A stretch of 64,000 bases of DNA from Octopus sinensis (Eukaryota). Positions 12,226 to 24,585 of this stretch are shown here, piece after piece; position 1 is the first letter of the stretch; every line of letters begins with the position of its first letter. The notes under the pieces were generated by a model that worked only from the letters and a program-made list of their open reading frames with translations, made no database searches and was not told the DNA's origin. The stretch is from contig NC_043003.1 in NCBI RefSeq assembly GCF_006345805.1, positions 64,914,001 to 64,978,000 of the forward strand, read 5' to 3'. Made by a program: the position numbers and the translations under genes.

Positions 12226-12841
12226 GAGTATAATGCCTGCAACCTTCGATGGTCAGATTACTATTGAGAAGACACCCAGTTATTTCGTGACAAAAGAAGT
12301 TCCGCGTCGAATATTTAATATGTCCAAGGATATCAAATTAATCGTTGTCATTCGTGACCCCGTCACACGTGCGATCTCGGACTACACGCAGACAGTTAGC
12401 AAACGGTTGCAGACGAAAACATTCGAACAGATGGCATTCATGAATAACACGCGTATTGTCGACACGTCATGGGGTGCTATCAAGATTGGTGTGTACGCAA
12501 AACACACCGCCCAGTGGTTACAATATTTCAATTTATCTCAGATACATTTCGTTCACGGTGAACGGCTCATATCAGATCCTGCCGGAGAAATGGCAAAGCT
12601 TCAAGACTTTCTGGGTCTTGAACGAATTATTAATGAAAAACATTTCTATTTTAATGAAACCAAAGGATTTCCTTGTCTCAAAAAGCATGGTGGAAGTGGC
12701 CACCCACATTGTTTGGGTAAGACAAAGGGTAGAACACATCCAAATATATCAGAACAAGTTTTGCAACGATTGCGAGATTTCTATAGACCGTTTAATACGA
12801 AATTCTTTCAACTAATCCGTAAAGATTTTCATTGGCCCTAA
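12226..12841 (+). CDS. HS3ST: heparan sulfate glucosamine 3-O-sulfotransferase (HS3ST2/3/4/6 type), last coding exon
   Basis: Polypyrimidine tract plus TACAG|G acceptor (AG 12224-12225). Open frame [20 protein letters not shown], 3'-PB motif [41 protein letters not shown], stop TAA 12839-12841. Closely follows my recollection of the vertebrate HS3ST3 exon 2 sequence. The 5'-PSB (KxGTRAL) exon is absent from the window. Confidence 0.97.
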
Positions 12842-13468
12842 TTATTTGGTTTATGCTGTAACGTATAAACAGCCGGAAAGGCAAATATAAGCAAGGTTTA
12901 TTATAAATATATATATATATATATATTATATATAGGCGACGATTATCTGCCATTCATATATCCAGTATTCAGTTCCCTCTTTCACTCCACGTCTCTCTCT
13001 CCGCGCTCGCACGCACACACACGCACGTACATGCACACGCACACGCACACACATACACATCAACACATACACCACATCACACACGTACACACGCATATGT
13101 AGACACACACATTTATTATTAGTTTTTTTTCAGTCAGCGTGATCGTTCATTTTGTTGCTGTTTCGTCCACAGCTAGTCAGAGTGAGTTGACCTTTGAAGA
13201 AATATATCCCAGCTTTGAACAAATCCCTTTATTTCCAACACTGCAGTATATGCCATATCTATCTTATTATTTTTTTGTTTTTGAAAAAAATAAAAGATAG
13301 TAAGGTGTGACATAAACGAGATTTTTGCTTCTATGAGATTTAGTCTTAAGATAGCAATTCCTACACCCCCCACACACAGACAAACACACGCACGCATACA
13401 CTTACACACATACAATCTCAAATACTCAATCACAATCTCATCGCTTTTACTAAATTACACACACACGC

Positions 13469-13499
<31 letters not shown>

Positions 13500-13850
13500 A
13501 TACATATATATATGTACACACGACGAGCTTCCCCACAGTTTCCGTCTACTAAATTAACAGGCAACGTATTGCTCGACAAGCACTCACTTGCTCAAGGTGC
13601 CACGCTATGAGACCGAACCCAAAACCATTAAAGGCGGAAAGCTGGCAGAAACGTTAGCACGCCGGGCGAAACGCTTAGCGGTATTTCGTCAGTCTTTACG
13701 TTCTCAGTTCAAATTCCGCCGAGGTCGATTTTGCCTTTTATCCTTCCTAGATCGATAAAATAAGTACCAGTTGATTACTGAGGTCGATGTAATCGACTTA
13801 GCCCCCACCGCCGAAATTGCTGGCCTCGTGCCAAAATTGGAAACCAAATT
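13500..13850 (+). mobile_element. SINE B fragment (-) followed by SINE A copy (+, 13632-13850)
   Basis: AAGGCGGAAAGCTGGCAGAAACGTTAGCACGCCGGGCG ... AGTTCAAATTCCGCCGAGGTCG. Confidence 0.85.
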
Positions 13851-14239
13851 TTTATTGAGAGACTAATGCAGTGACGCATGATCGTACAAACATAGACATA
13901 TTGGTGCTGCAGCAGTGCACCTCTGCTTCAGATCTAATGCCGATCAATATTGCCAATAGACTGTGCATACACTAAGCTCACTTCATTTGTAACAATGATA
14001 AAATTGCTGTTGCAACATATGCAACGTATATTACACACACACATACACACACATGCGTGTGTTTGTATGTGTGTGTTGTGTGAATAAATGAGAAAGAGAC
14101 GAAGAAAGAGGGACTCATATATGATTAAAGCAGTATATATTAATATAATATAAAATATATTAACAATATTTAGACACTTATGGGCGCAGCGCATATAATA
14201 ACATGAAGAATGGCTCATACATACAGACAAACATAAAAG

Positions 14240-14351
14240 CAAGTGTCTATATATATATATACACACACATATAAATACATGCATATATATATGAATATAT
14301 AAGTATATATACATATATGTATATATATATATATGTATATATATATCTATA

Positions 14352-14401
<50 letters not shown>

Positions 14402-14529
14402 ATATATATATGTATATATATATCTATATATATATCTATATATATATATGTATACAAACACACACACACAAATATATGGATCTGCACAAACAAAGATGCA
14501 TGCCTACATATATTCTGCATGTATGTATG

Positions 14530-14572
<43 letters not shown>

Positions 14573-15493
14573 TAATATATATGTGTGTGTGTGTGTGTGT
14601 ATATATATGTATACACACACATATATATATGTATTTGTATATATATCTATATATATATGTGTATATATAAGTATGTGTGTATGCGTAGTCGCATATATGC
14701 ACACTTACATATCTTACTACCTGTGTACATAGGTGCAGATGAAAGAATGTATGCGTGTATATACATACATATATATATATACATATAAATATATCTATAA
14801 CTATATATATGCATACACAATTACACATAAAGACATATATATATGTACTATGTATGTATATGCGCATAGCGTACACATATGATCACATACGTATATGCAT
14901 TCATGTTACTACATGTATACATACGTGCAAATGTGAGATGAGAACGTTCGTGCCCATACAAACATACATACATGTGCATATATTTATCCATACCCATGCA
15001 TACACATACGAAATAAATTTTGCTGCGCTGAAATTAAACTTCCCTTTGCTATGTCCTCTTTTAAGGAAGAAATTGAAATGAAGAAATTTTTCCACTGGAA
15101 TTTCTGTTGAAGATTATTGACTTGCAGTCATCAAACAATTCCGTTTATTTATTTCCTTTTGTTTAGGAACAAAGAATTCAAAGGAGAAGAATTTATAGTC
15201 TATTCTCTTTTATATTCCACTTGCCAATATTTTCGGAAAATTAAAATTTGACCTCCTCCCAAATTGGGAAAATTCAACGCCAGCCTGCCAAATTTTGGAA
15301 CATATATTTTTTAAGACAGAAGAGAAAGATAAAAGAAAAAAAAAGAAGAAAAATATATAATTATAACCGTTATTGTTTCTATTATTTATGCTTTAATATA
15401 TTGTCTTATGTAGCTACGCACGTTATCTTTTATCGTTATGTATATTCATGTATGCGTTGATATATATATATATATATATATTATATATTATAT

Positions 15494-15586
<93 letters not shown>

Positions 15587-15880
15587 GTATATATATATAT
15601 ATTATATATATATATATATAATATATATGTAGAAATATATATATGTGTTTATATATACACATATGTAGAAATATATGTATATATATATATATGTATATAT
15701 AAATATATATATAAATATATATATATATATACATATATTTGTGTGTATACATATGCACACACATGTATATATATACATGTATATACAATATGTGCTGTAT
15801 AACATGAACGTTATATGTGTGTTTGTATATACTGCATATGTCTAATTGTGTGTGTGGGTATGTATGTATATATAGACTCG

Positions 15881-15917
<37 letters not shown>

Positions 15918-16060
15918 GTTTATTTATATATATAAATATCATATATATACACACACATATATATATGTATATATACGTGTATATATATATATATATTATA
16001 TATATATATTATATATATATATATATGTATTATGTATATGTGTGTGAATGTCTGTATCTA
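14240..16060. repeat. extended (TA)n/(TG)n/(CATA)n microsatellite field
   Basis: Direct reading. Source of many YIYI ORFs. Confidence 0.95.
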
Positions 16061-16949
16061 TGTCTGCGAAGTATTACTTATTCTGTTGCTGTATATATTT
16101 GTCGACATGCGCAGAAGTCGTATCCTGTACCAAGCTTCCTCATTCTCAGACATCACCGCTGACACCGTTTCGGTGTAGTCTCACCAACCACAAATTTCAA
16201 TAGATTAGTACGTATCCTCTTGCGTGAACTACACACACACACACACACATACACATATACACATACTAGATTCTGTGAGAAAGAACACTCACTACATTAA
16301 ATATGCTAAATCTTATCTTAACACATTAAATATGCTAAACCTTATCTATACATATTTGTCTAAAACTTCCATGCCCAAATGGAGAGCCTACTTGTTGGAG
16401 ACTATTTGGCAATACACTCGATAAGGGTTGAGTTAATTTCATCCTGTTTTGGGTGAAATGTTTCTGAGTGCGCGCATGTGTGTATACATGTATTTGAGAG
16501 TGTCGTGTGTCTGTGTATGTGTGCGCCGAGATGGAGAGAGAGAAAGAGAAACAATGAGTGTATGTGTGTGGTAGAGAGAGAGAAAGTAAAGTGAGAGAGT
16601 GTATGAGTGTGTTTGGATATCTGGATTCAAAGTATTGTTTTTTTGTTAAATAATGTAGGTTTATTTCTCAACTTGGGACAACTTAATATATTTCTTGGAT
16701 GTCTTCCGGAAATGCTTAAACAGTATCACACCCTTCCAGTTTGCTACTTTTCTAAACTACTCGGACTTCCACTCAAAGTAAGAAGTGAAAAAGAAAAAGA
16801 AATCATCAGCGTTGGTTGTTTCACCCCTATCCAGCTTGAATGACCAGACTTTTGTACAAAGATGTCCTAGCTTTGACCAACCTGTTTATTTTCAAGTCTA
16901 CATTGCGCAACATGTCTGCCTGTCGTTTTAGTGTAGTAAAGTGTGATAT

Positions 16950-17150
16950 AAGCGGCGAGCTGGCCGAATCGTTAGCACGCCGAACAAAATGTTTAGCGGC
17001 ATTATTTCCGGCTCTTTACACCCTTAGTTCAAATCCAATGAGATCACCTTTGACTTTGCTCCCATCGGGGTCGATGAAATAAAGTACCAATCAGGTTCTG
17101 GGATCGATGTAATCAATTTGTTCCCTCCCTACGAAATTGCTGGCCTTGAG
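16950..17150 (+). mobile_element. SINE family A copy
   Basis: AAGCGGCGAGCTGGCCGAATCGTTAGCAC...AGTTCAAATCC...CATCGGGGTCGATG. Confidence 0.8.
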
Positions 17151-17984
17151 TCTTGCATTGGACCAGTGTCAGGGGAACAATGTGACCACTGCCAATTATA
17201 CGCCATGGAATTCGGGAGACCGGCTTTATAAATACTAGGGTTTACAAAAATAAAGATGATATGGAGTGATATAAGGGAAATTTTGGCTGCTATTTGTGAC
17301 TGATTGAGTGACTACTTTAAGTAACTGTTCTCATCAAGGAATCCCAGGACCCTTGTGTCCACAATGATAGTACTGGGATTTCGTGATCTGCGCACAAATT
17401 TAAAAGGATTCCCTATAAAATGTATAATTTACACATTTTTTCCATATAATTATTTAGTTACATATATTTTGAAATTGAGAGAAAATGGTAAAAAAAAAAG
17501 GTTGGTGTTAATAAAATCGGATTTAGTGAGTAAGTAGATCTTTCGAAAATCTGTAGCCTATGGAAAATTCCTTCAAACAAAGGGGTTTTAACAGTGAGAA
17601 GATTGGAAACTCAGTCTCAGAATCCTCGCTCTATGTAATTTCATTAGCAGATGGATATTTCACGTAAACATATATTGGATTTTCAGGCCTCACGCAAAAT
17701 TTAAAACGCGAACGTCTTAACTATACATGTTTTATTTCACTTCATGTCTTACTTAAAGAAGGAAGATTAGTGTCCATAAACTGTTTCTTTAACATCGGTT
17801 ACTGGTAAGTAAAAAGTAGGGAAGAAAGTGAATTTTTGGGTCTGTTTTGTTCTTCATTCTGTTGATGTCGATAAAAATAACACTAGTTAAACAAGCATTA
17901 GAAACCATTCTCCTCAGTCTGTCTGTATGTCTGTCTGTCTGTTTGTCTCTCTCTTACAGCGTTCATTTAGGGGAGGAGAAAATC

Positions 17985-18152
17985 GATTACGCCAATCCAA
18001 GTACTTGACTGATACTTTATTTTATCGTCTCTGAAAGGATAAAAAGCAAAGTAGACCACGGCGCTATTTGAACGTAGAATACAAAGAACCAGAAAAAATG
18101 CTACCAAGCATTTGCTCTGGTGCTGTGACGATTCTGTCAGCACGCCGCCTTA
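17985..18152 (-). mobile_element. SINE family A copy
   Basis: GAAAGGATAAAAAGCAAAGTAGACC...GATTCTGTCAGCACGCCGCCTT. Confidence 0.75.
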
Positions 18153-18627
18153 ATAATAACTTGTAAAAGTAATTTCAATTGACTACAAAACTGTGGCCTA
18201 GTCTCAAACCAGAATTCAGTATTGAAACTCATAAATATCGTCAAATTTTTGAAGGCATTTTCGCCGTTTTTAATTTCCTTTACAGGTTCGTCCATTGTCT
18301 AACCAATTATATTAATACATTATTTTTCAGAACTTTGTGAAATCTAAAAATCAATATTGCAGGTATTACTAACGAATAGTGTAAGAATTATTTTAGGTTT
18401 TCTGTCTGAAATTTAATTACCATTTTGGGTCTAACTCATCTGATTAATTAGTTAGAGATCATTCCTTGAGATTGTGTCAAATTTCAAAATCCATATTGTA
18501 GGTATCACTAATAAAAGAGTGATTTTTAGATACTCTGTTCGGATTTTCATTTCCATTTTCTTTCCACCTACTCAGTCATCCAATCAATAATATATCATTT
18601 TTAAATATTCGAATCCCATAATTAATA

Positions 18628-18846
18628 CATTATTGACATTATTTACTCTTGACGGATATTTGTCCTCATCTTGTTTGTTGTTAAAACAACGTTTCGGCTG
18701 ATATACCATCCAACCTTCATCAAGACACCTGATGAAGCTATATCAGCTGAAACGTTGTTTTAACAACAAACAAGATGAGGACAATATCCGTCAAATGTAA
18801 ATAACGTCAATAATGTAGATAATTCCTCATCTCTTAAATATAGAAC
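18628..18846. mobile_element. Penelope-like inverted terminal-repeat insertion carrying two hammerhead motifs
   Basis: 18628-18722 is the reverse complement of about 18730-18830. Flanked by 13-bp direct repeat CCCATAATTAATA (18615-18627, 18847-18859). The forward arm matches the tail of the element at 24705-24833. Confidence 0.8.
18724..18761 (+). ncRNA. minimal type I hammerhead ribozyme motif
   Basis: GACAC-CTGATGA-AGCT(ATATC)AGCT-GAAAC-GT-T-GTTTT. Intact core, 4-bp stem II, palindromic AACGTT stem III, stem I with one mismatch. Confidence 0.7.
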
Positions 18847-18853
18847 CCCATAA

Positions 18854-18907
<54 letters not shown>

Positions 18908-19057
18908 ATATATAATATATATATATATACATTTATGTTACTGTAAGTGTTCGTGTGTGTATGTGTATACAAATGGAACTACATAGTCGCCGAACAAAGG
19001 GGAGAGAATTGTACTCGAATACCAAAGGCAGACTAAAGTAGTATTTTATTGGAACTG

Positions 19058-19098
19058 AGTGTTACTCAGAGTTTCACGTAACCGATCATCAGACAACT
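19058..19098 (-). ncRNA. type I hammerhead ribozyme motif
   Basis: Minus strand AGTTGT-CTGATGA-TCG(GTTA)CGT-GAAAC-TCTGA-GT-A-ACACT. Intact core, 5-bp stem I with one bulge. A decayed inverted partner lies at 19112-19149 (+). Confidence 0.65.
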
Positions 19099-19472
19099 GT
19101 AAATATTTAGACTGTCTGATAATCGCTAACGTGAAAATGTGAATAACAGATGGTGAAACCTCATTAGCTACAAAGAAATGCTACACGTACATACGTACAT
19201 ATATATATATATATATTAGTAAACACTTTCAATGAGCTGAGGAAGAATGTATGTAATTTCGTGTCATCGTTTGAAATTTCCCTCAAAATCCAGTAGTATT
19301 TTAAAAGAACAGTCATATTCGTCGATGTATATATAAATATAAAAAAATCCAGCGTGATAAGCTATTTTCAGCATGGATAAAACACTTTTAACTGTTGATG
19401 ATAAAGGATAGAGTTGACCAGGGTCTAAAAATCAAAATGAAGGAAATATCCTTGTCGCTAAACGCTATTTTC

Positions 19473-19564
<92 letters not shown>

Positions 19565-19784
19565 ATATGTGACAATTAGTTGGCTTTCATTCATAAAACT
19601 CAGAGTTTCGGATGCTGGGGCTGAAGTCTGCTCCGGCATCTCATCAAATACATATACATGCATACATACATACATACATATACACACACACACACACACA
19701 ATATATATATATATATACACACACACATATATATATATATACACACATAAATAATATGTATGTATGTATACACAAACACCAACG

Positions 19785-19872
19785 CATATGCCTCCGATGA
19801 AGCTATAGAGTGATACATAAGCACTCAACTCAGTGCATTGTATTTTGTAGCAGAAACACCTGTAAGCTAATG
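19785..19872 (+). ncRNA. hammerhead-like motif with long stem II (U4C core variant)
   Basis: CCGATGA (19794-19800). Stem II GCTATAG/TTGTAGC + ATACA/TGTAT + GCACT/AGTGC. GAAAC-ACCT-GT-A (19853-19864). Stem I weak. Confidence 0.5.
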
Positions 19873-21066
19873 AAGTTCATAACGTAATTTCTTTGTCCCT
19901 TTACATTTTCATATCTTATTCCTGCTCTGACACTTTGTTTTGAAGTATGTCTGTATTGAGTCCTAATACCAGGTTGTTAGTGATGCTATGCCTAAGCGAA
20001 ATAATAAGATATATAGAGAGATAGATATAGATACTAATAAACATCCAGGGATGTAGTTAAATGTATTAAATAATCGAGTTTCCTATTGTCAATTTTCATC
20101 TTTTGGCTTGTGCTGGTATCATTTCTTAGTGACTGGAAACCTATATTTCTTGCATGAAGACCAACACGAGGTGGTTCGCTACCTCAGCAGCTCCTTCATA
20201 GGATCCAGTGGCTAACGACATTATCAGGAGGAACCACGTCCGGTTTCGACCCCTACTCCTCTATAGTTTTCGACGTGGCGCCCCGCCTTTCGGATATGAC
20301 ATCAGCTCTGATGTTGAGTGCATTCTTTTATTTTTCGTTGGCTTTTTATTCTTTGGTTTCTTCGATGCAGCTTCAACGAATGTCAGCGAGTGAAGGACCA
20401 CCTTGACAAATTTTGTGATACTTTTTATATTCTTTCTGTGCAATCATGTCATAGGCACTCACGATGTCTGTCGCACTTGCCACCTTCTTCCACCATCACC
20501 TACACTTATTTGTTTCATCTGAGCCATACATATTCCTTATCGAGTTTGTTTAGTGCTTGATCCTAAGCAACCACAAACAAACTTTCAGTCTCTCTCGTAA
20601 GATCACCTATTGTCAAACAAGATTGTCTTTCGAATTGATCATGTAATTTCACACCCTTCCCAGCACTCAGTTTCTAAGCTTGCGGCCTCTGGTTGTGGTT
20701 TTCTTAACTTCCAAAAGTTCCGCTGCAGAAGTCTCTGCATTTGGCATACCTTGAAAGTTCTTCTCTACCACTGGCCAAAGATAAATTTAAAGACCTGCAT
20801 TCACTAGTCACACAATGTTTCACACTTATAAGTCCTCGTCCTTCTTCTATGTATATAACCTTATAACATTTGCCCTTGGGTGCAATGCGCCATTTGTCAA
20901 TCACATTAATCTATCCAACTTCCTATCTCTTCTTTGGTCCAATTCAAAACAGCCTCTCCACAGGGGTCAATACAATTAAGTAGCAACCAAGGCCCAGTCA
21001 GATATTGGGTTCGATGTAATCCACTTATTCTATGCTCAATTGCCGCCCTCTCCACAAATTTGAAAG

Positions 21067-21114
<48 letters not shown>

Positions 21115-21149
21115 TTTTATTGCCACTATCTTCATTCAATTTTGCTTCC

Positions 21150-21350
21150 ATAAGACGGCGACTGGCAAAAACGTTAGTACGCCGGGCGAAATGCTTAGCA
21201 GTATTTCGTCTGTCTTTAAGTTCTGAGTTCAAATTCCACCGAGGTCGATTTTGCCTGTCATCCTTTCGGGGGTAGATAAATCAAGTACCAATTGCGTATT
21301 GTATTGCGGTCGATCTAATCCACTAGCCCCCTCCTCAAAAATTTCGTGTC
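21150..21350 (+). mobile_element. SINE family A copy
   Basis: AAGACGGCGACTGGCAAAAACGTTAGTACGCCGGGCG...GAGTTCAAATTCCACCGAGGTCG. Confidence 0.85.
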
Positions 21351-21474
21351 GTGTGACTGACTATGGAAGAAAAGGATTTTGCTTCCATTTCATGCCGAGT
21401 CTCTTCACAACACATAGGGCAAAGAAACCTACACTATAGATTTGTAGGTCATCAAAATAAACACACCAGATTGT

Positions 21475-21548
<74 letters not shown>

Positions 21549-22230
21549 GTCAAAAATGAAATTATTAGTTTAATGTATTTGTTGAATGGACTTTGAAGTA
21601 TATTTTCATTTAGTTATTCAAGCGTAATTCTCTATACATACTTGCTTGCATGCATACATAAATGTATGCACACAACCATATATACTCGTGATTTACAATG
21701 CAATATAATTCTTTCTTGTCTTTTATTATTATAATTTCCTTTTTTTATTTGGTTTAGTAACATTATAAACGTCATCTGGGAGTTATTTTACTAGTGTATG
21801 CAAATATATAGTAAATTAAATTAGATATGTTTTGCCATAGGGTATTTCACAATAGAAAACAACAACCAGCAGATAACAGCCCAAAGGGGAAAGATAAAAT
21901 TAACAAGAAATATTGAGAGAAAGAGAAATAGCAAGCGAATGCATTTAGTGAATGAAAGACGGAGAAAAAGGAAGACGAAACACAAGGGAGAGAAGAAAGA
22001 GAAAGAAGGATATAAAAATGAAAAACAAAAGCGAATACAAGAAAGTGCCGAGGAAAGAAAAGAAAGAGGAAAGGCTTTCTCATAAATCGTTCAGAGATAT
22101 TGTTAATCACTCCTACATGCTTAATGTAATTTAGTTTCTGTTTATTTTGTTTATTCTATTTATATTTATTATCAATACCATCATTTTATTGTTATTTTTA
22201 TTATTACTGTTATAGTTATTATTATTATTA

Positions 22231-22305
<75 letters not shown>

Positions 22306-22509
22306 CGACTTTGAAGGTTATGGGAGGCGTGATTATTGCTAGTTTAGAATTATTATATTATTTACTCTGCTAATTTCACAGTATATTTACTATACTCGAC
22401 CATAATTAGGGCTTTGGGATTAACGAATGGGTTGTTCAGCGAACAATTTACTGCTAATTTTATGACCAAAGATCAGGCAAATACCTAACATTTATGTAAT
22501 AATAATAAC

Positions 22510-22549
<40 letters not shown>

Positions 22550-22558
22550 TAATAATAA

Positions 22559-22589
<31 letters not shown>

Positions 22590-23037
22590 AAGAAGAAGAA
22601 TGAAAATGAAAACTCTGTTGCATCGTCATATTAGCGATAAATGCTTTTGAAGGATTCCTCATGTGTCTCCTTGTTAGATTACTTCTCGAATAACTCCAGG
22701 CAAGTTAACTAGATTCAGTGGGAAACACGTATGTAATCGTTCATCGTTCATAGAATATATTCAGCTCCGCAGCATCGAACAAGTTATCATATCAATATTG
22801 TTGTTATGATAGGTTCTAACAAAACACGATCAAGCTTCCCTGACAGGATATAATCTGGACTTTCATGAAACTTGTGATGGTTTACATCTGTATCAGTTAG
22901 TCTGTTGTGAGGTTCATAAAACTTTCAATAAATCCGTTACCTTCTCTCTCTTTACTTTCTGGTGAAAGTAAAACACTCGAAATGTCACATTCTTCCCTCC
23001 TAGCTTCTAAGAAGCTTTCATAATATCATGATTTAGA

Positions 23038-23605
23038 TAAGGCGGCGAGCTAGCAGAAACGTTAGCACACCGGGCGAAATGCTTAGCGGTATTTCGTCTT
23101 CCGTTACGTTCTGAGTTAAAATTCTGCCGAGGTCGACTTTGCCTTTCATCCTTTCATCGTCAATTAAATAAGTATCAGTTACGCACTGGGGTCGATATTA
23201 ATCCGTTTGTCTGTCCTTGTTTGTCTCTTCTGTGTTTAGCCCCTTGTGGGTAGTAAAGAAATAGGTATTTCGTCTGACTTAACGTTCTGAGTTCAAATTC
23301 CACAGAGGTCGACTTTGCCTTTCATCCTTTCGGGGTCGATAAATTAAGTACTAGTTACGCACTGGGGTCGATGCAATTGACTTAATCTCTTTGTCTGTCC
23401 TTGTTTTTCCTCTCTAAGGTTAGCCCCTTGTGGGCAATAAAGAAATAAGAAACGTTAGCACGCCGGGCGAAATACTTAGCGGTATTTCGTCTGACTTTAC
23501 TTTGCTTTTCATCCTTTCAGAGTTGATAAATTAAGTTGCGTACTGGGGTCGATCTAATCGACTGACCCCAAAATTTCCGGCCTTTTGCCTAGAGTAGAAA
23601 AGAAT
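23038..23605 (+). mobile_element. SINE family A head-to-tail multimer (3 units)
   Basis: Full head at 23038. Further units start after TAAAGAAAT|AGGTATTTCGTC (about 23260) and TAAAGAAATA|AGAAACGTTAGCAC (about 23447). Confidence 0.9.
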
Positions 23606-24518
23606 ATCGTGATTTGGATGAGTGCAGCATCACTTTATGTAGAATTTAAGTCGATTTTATTTGACTGCCGAGTAAGGAAAAGCATTTTACCTCGCTTTAT
23701 CGATGCTGTCTAATGATTGTCTTTACGTGCCATGGTTACAAGCGCTGGCGATCAAGAACCGCCACTCCTTCTATTTAATACACAACTTAGCAGGTATTAA
23801 GTCAGTCTTTCTGTATTCAGCTGGTAAGTACAATGATTTTCTTCTGTTATCCTCTATTACTTGTCATCACAAAGTGTTCAAGGTTTTGTCTTCTGTTTGG
23901 TAGTCATGGAACTTACCGTTTTTTGCTTTCTTATGGAGATAAAAGTTACAAATATGAAAAGAGCCTATGAGACCCTCTGGTATTCTAGAGGAGTCGGAGT
24001 TTGGGATGTCGACCTCAACCCTTTTCGCAACCTATTTTCAGTTTATATATTTGAACCTTGATTGTTTCCTGTGAGTGGAGTGTGTGTATGTTTGTGTTTG
24101 TGTGTGTATACATGTGTGTGTATGGATGTATATATATATATATATATATATGTATATACTCACACATGTATGTGTGAATGTGTACGTGTGTGTTTGTGTG
24201 TGTATTTTCAAACATGCTGATTATTATGTAAAATATTTCCAAAACAAAGAAATATCTCACAGAAATTGTCTTTTCTCTAAATCACATTCCTGTCTTGAGC
24301 GAGAGAAAAATAAAGATGACATGCGTATAGAATAACCTCTGTAGAAGTGAAGGGTTTAACAAAACCGGAAGCATCAGTATAAAGTGGGAACTGTGCCATC
24401 TTTTGCTACACGTTGTAGCGACCAAAAATATGGCGGAATCATCATAAGAGTGAAAAATAAATGGTTCAAAAAATATTTCGATTAAAACTATAACAAAACC
24501 ACTACGCCAAATGTCCAC

Positions 24519-24585
24519 GGGCATATGGCGTAATGGTTAAGAGCGCGACTAATATTCCGAGTTTGATTCCAGGCAGTGGCCTGAA

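Noticed and set aside
15097-15142. Hammerhead-like relic GGAATT-T-CTGTTGA...TCAAAC-AATTCC
   Set aside because: G12 and the stem III/cleavage triplet are missing; it could be a chance hairpin.
16155-16195. Minus-strand hammerhead-like motif (GAAACGGTGTC)
   Set aside because: The core has two substitutions and no stem I forms.
17583-17625. Hammerhead-like relic with 8/9-bp stem I and GAAAC-TCA-GT-C
   Set aside because: The CUGANGA box is broken (CAGTGA) and stem II is absent.
20040-21060. Possible Penelope ORF N-terminal relic and antisense hammerhead near 20230-20290
   Set aside because: Only vague resemblance, with no RT or GIY-YIG motif and at least three core mismatches.
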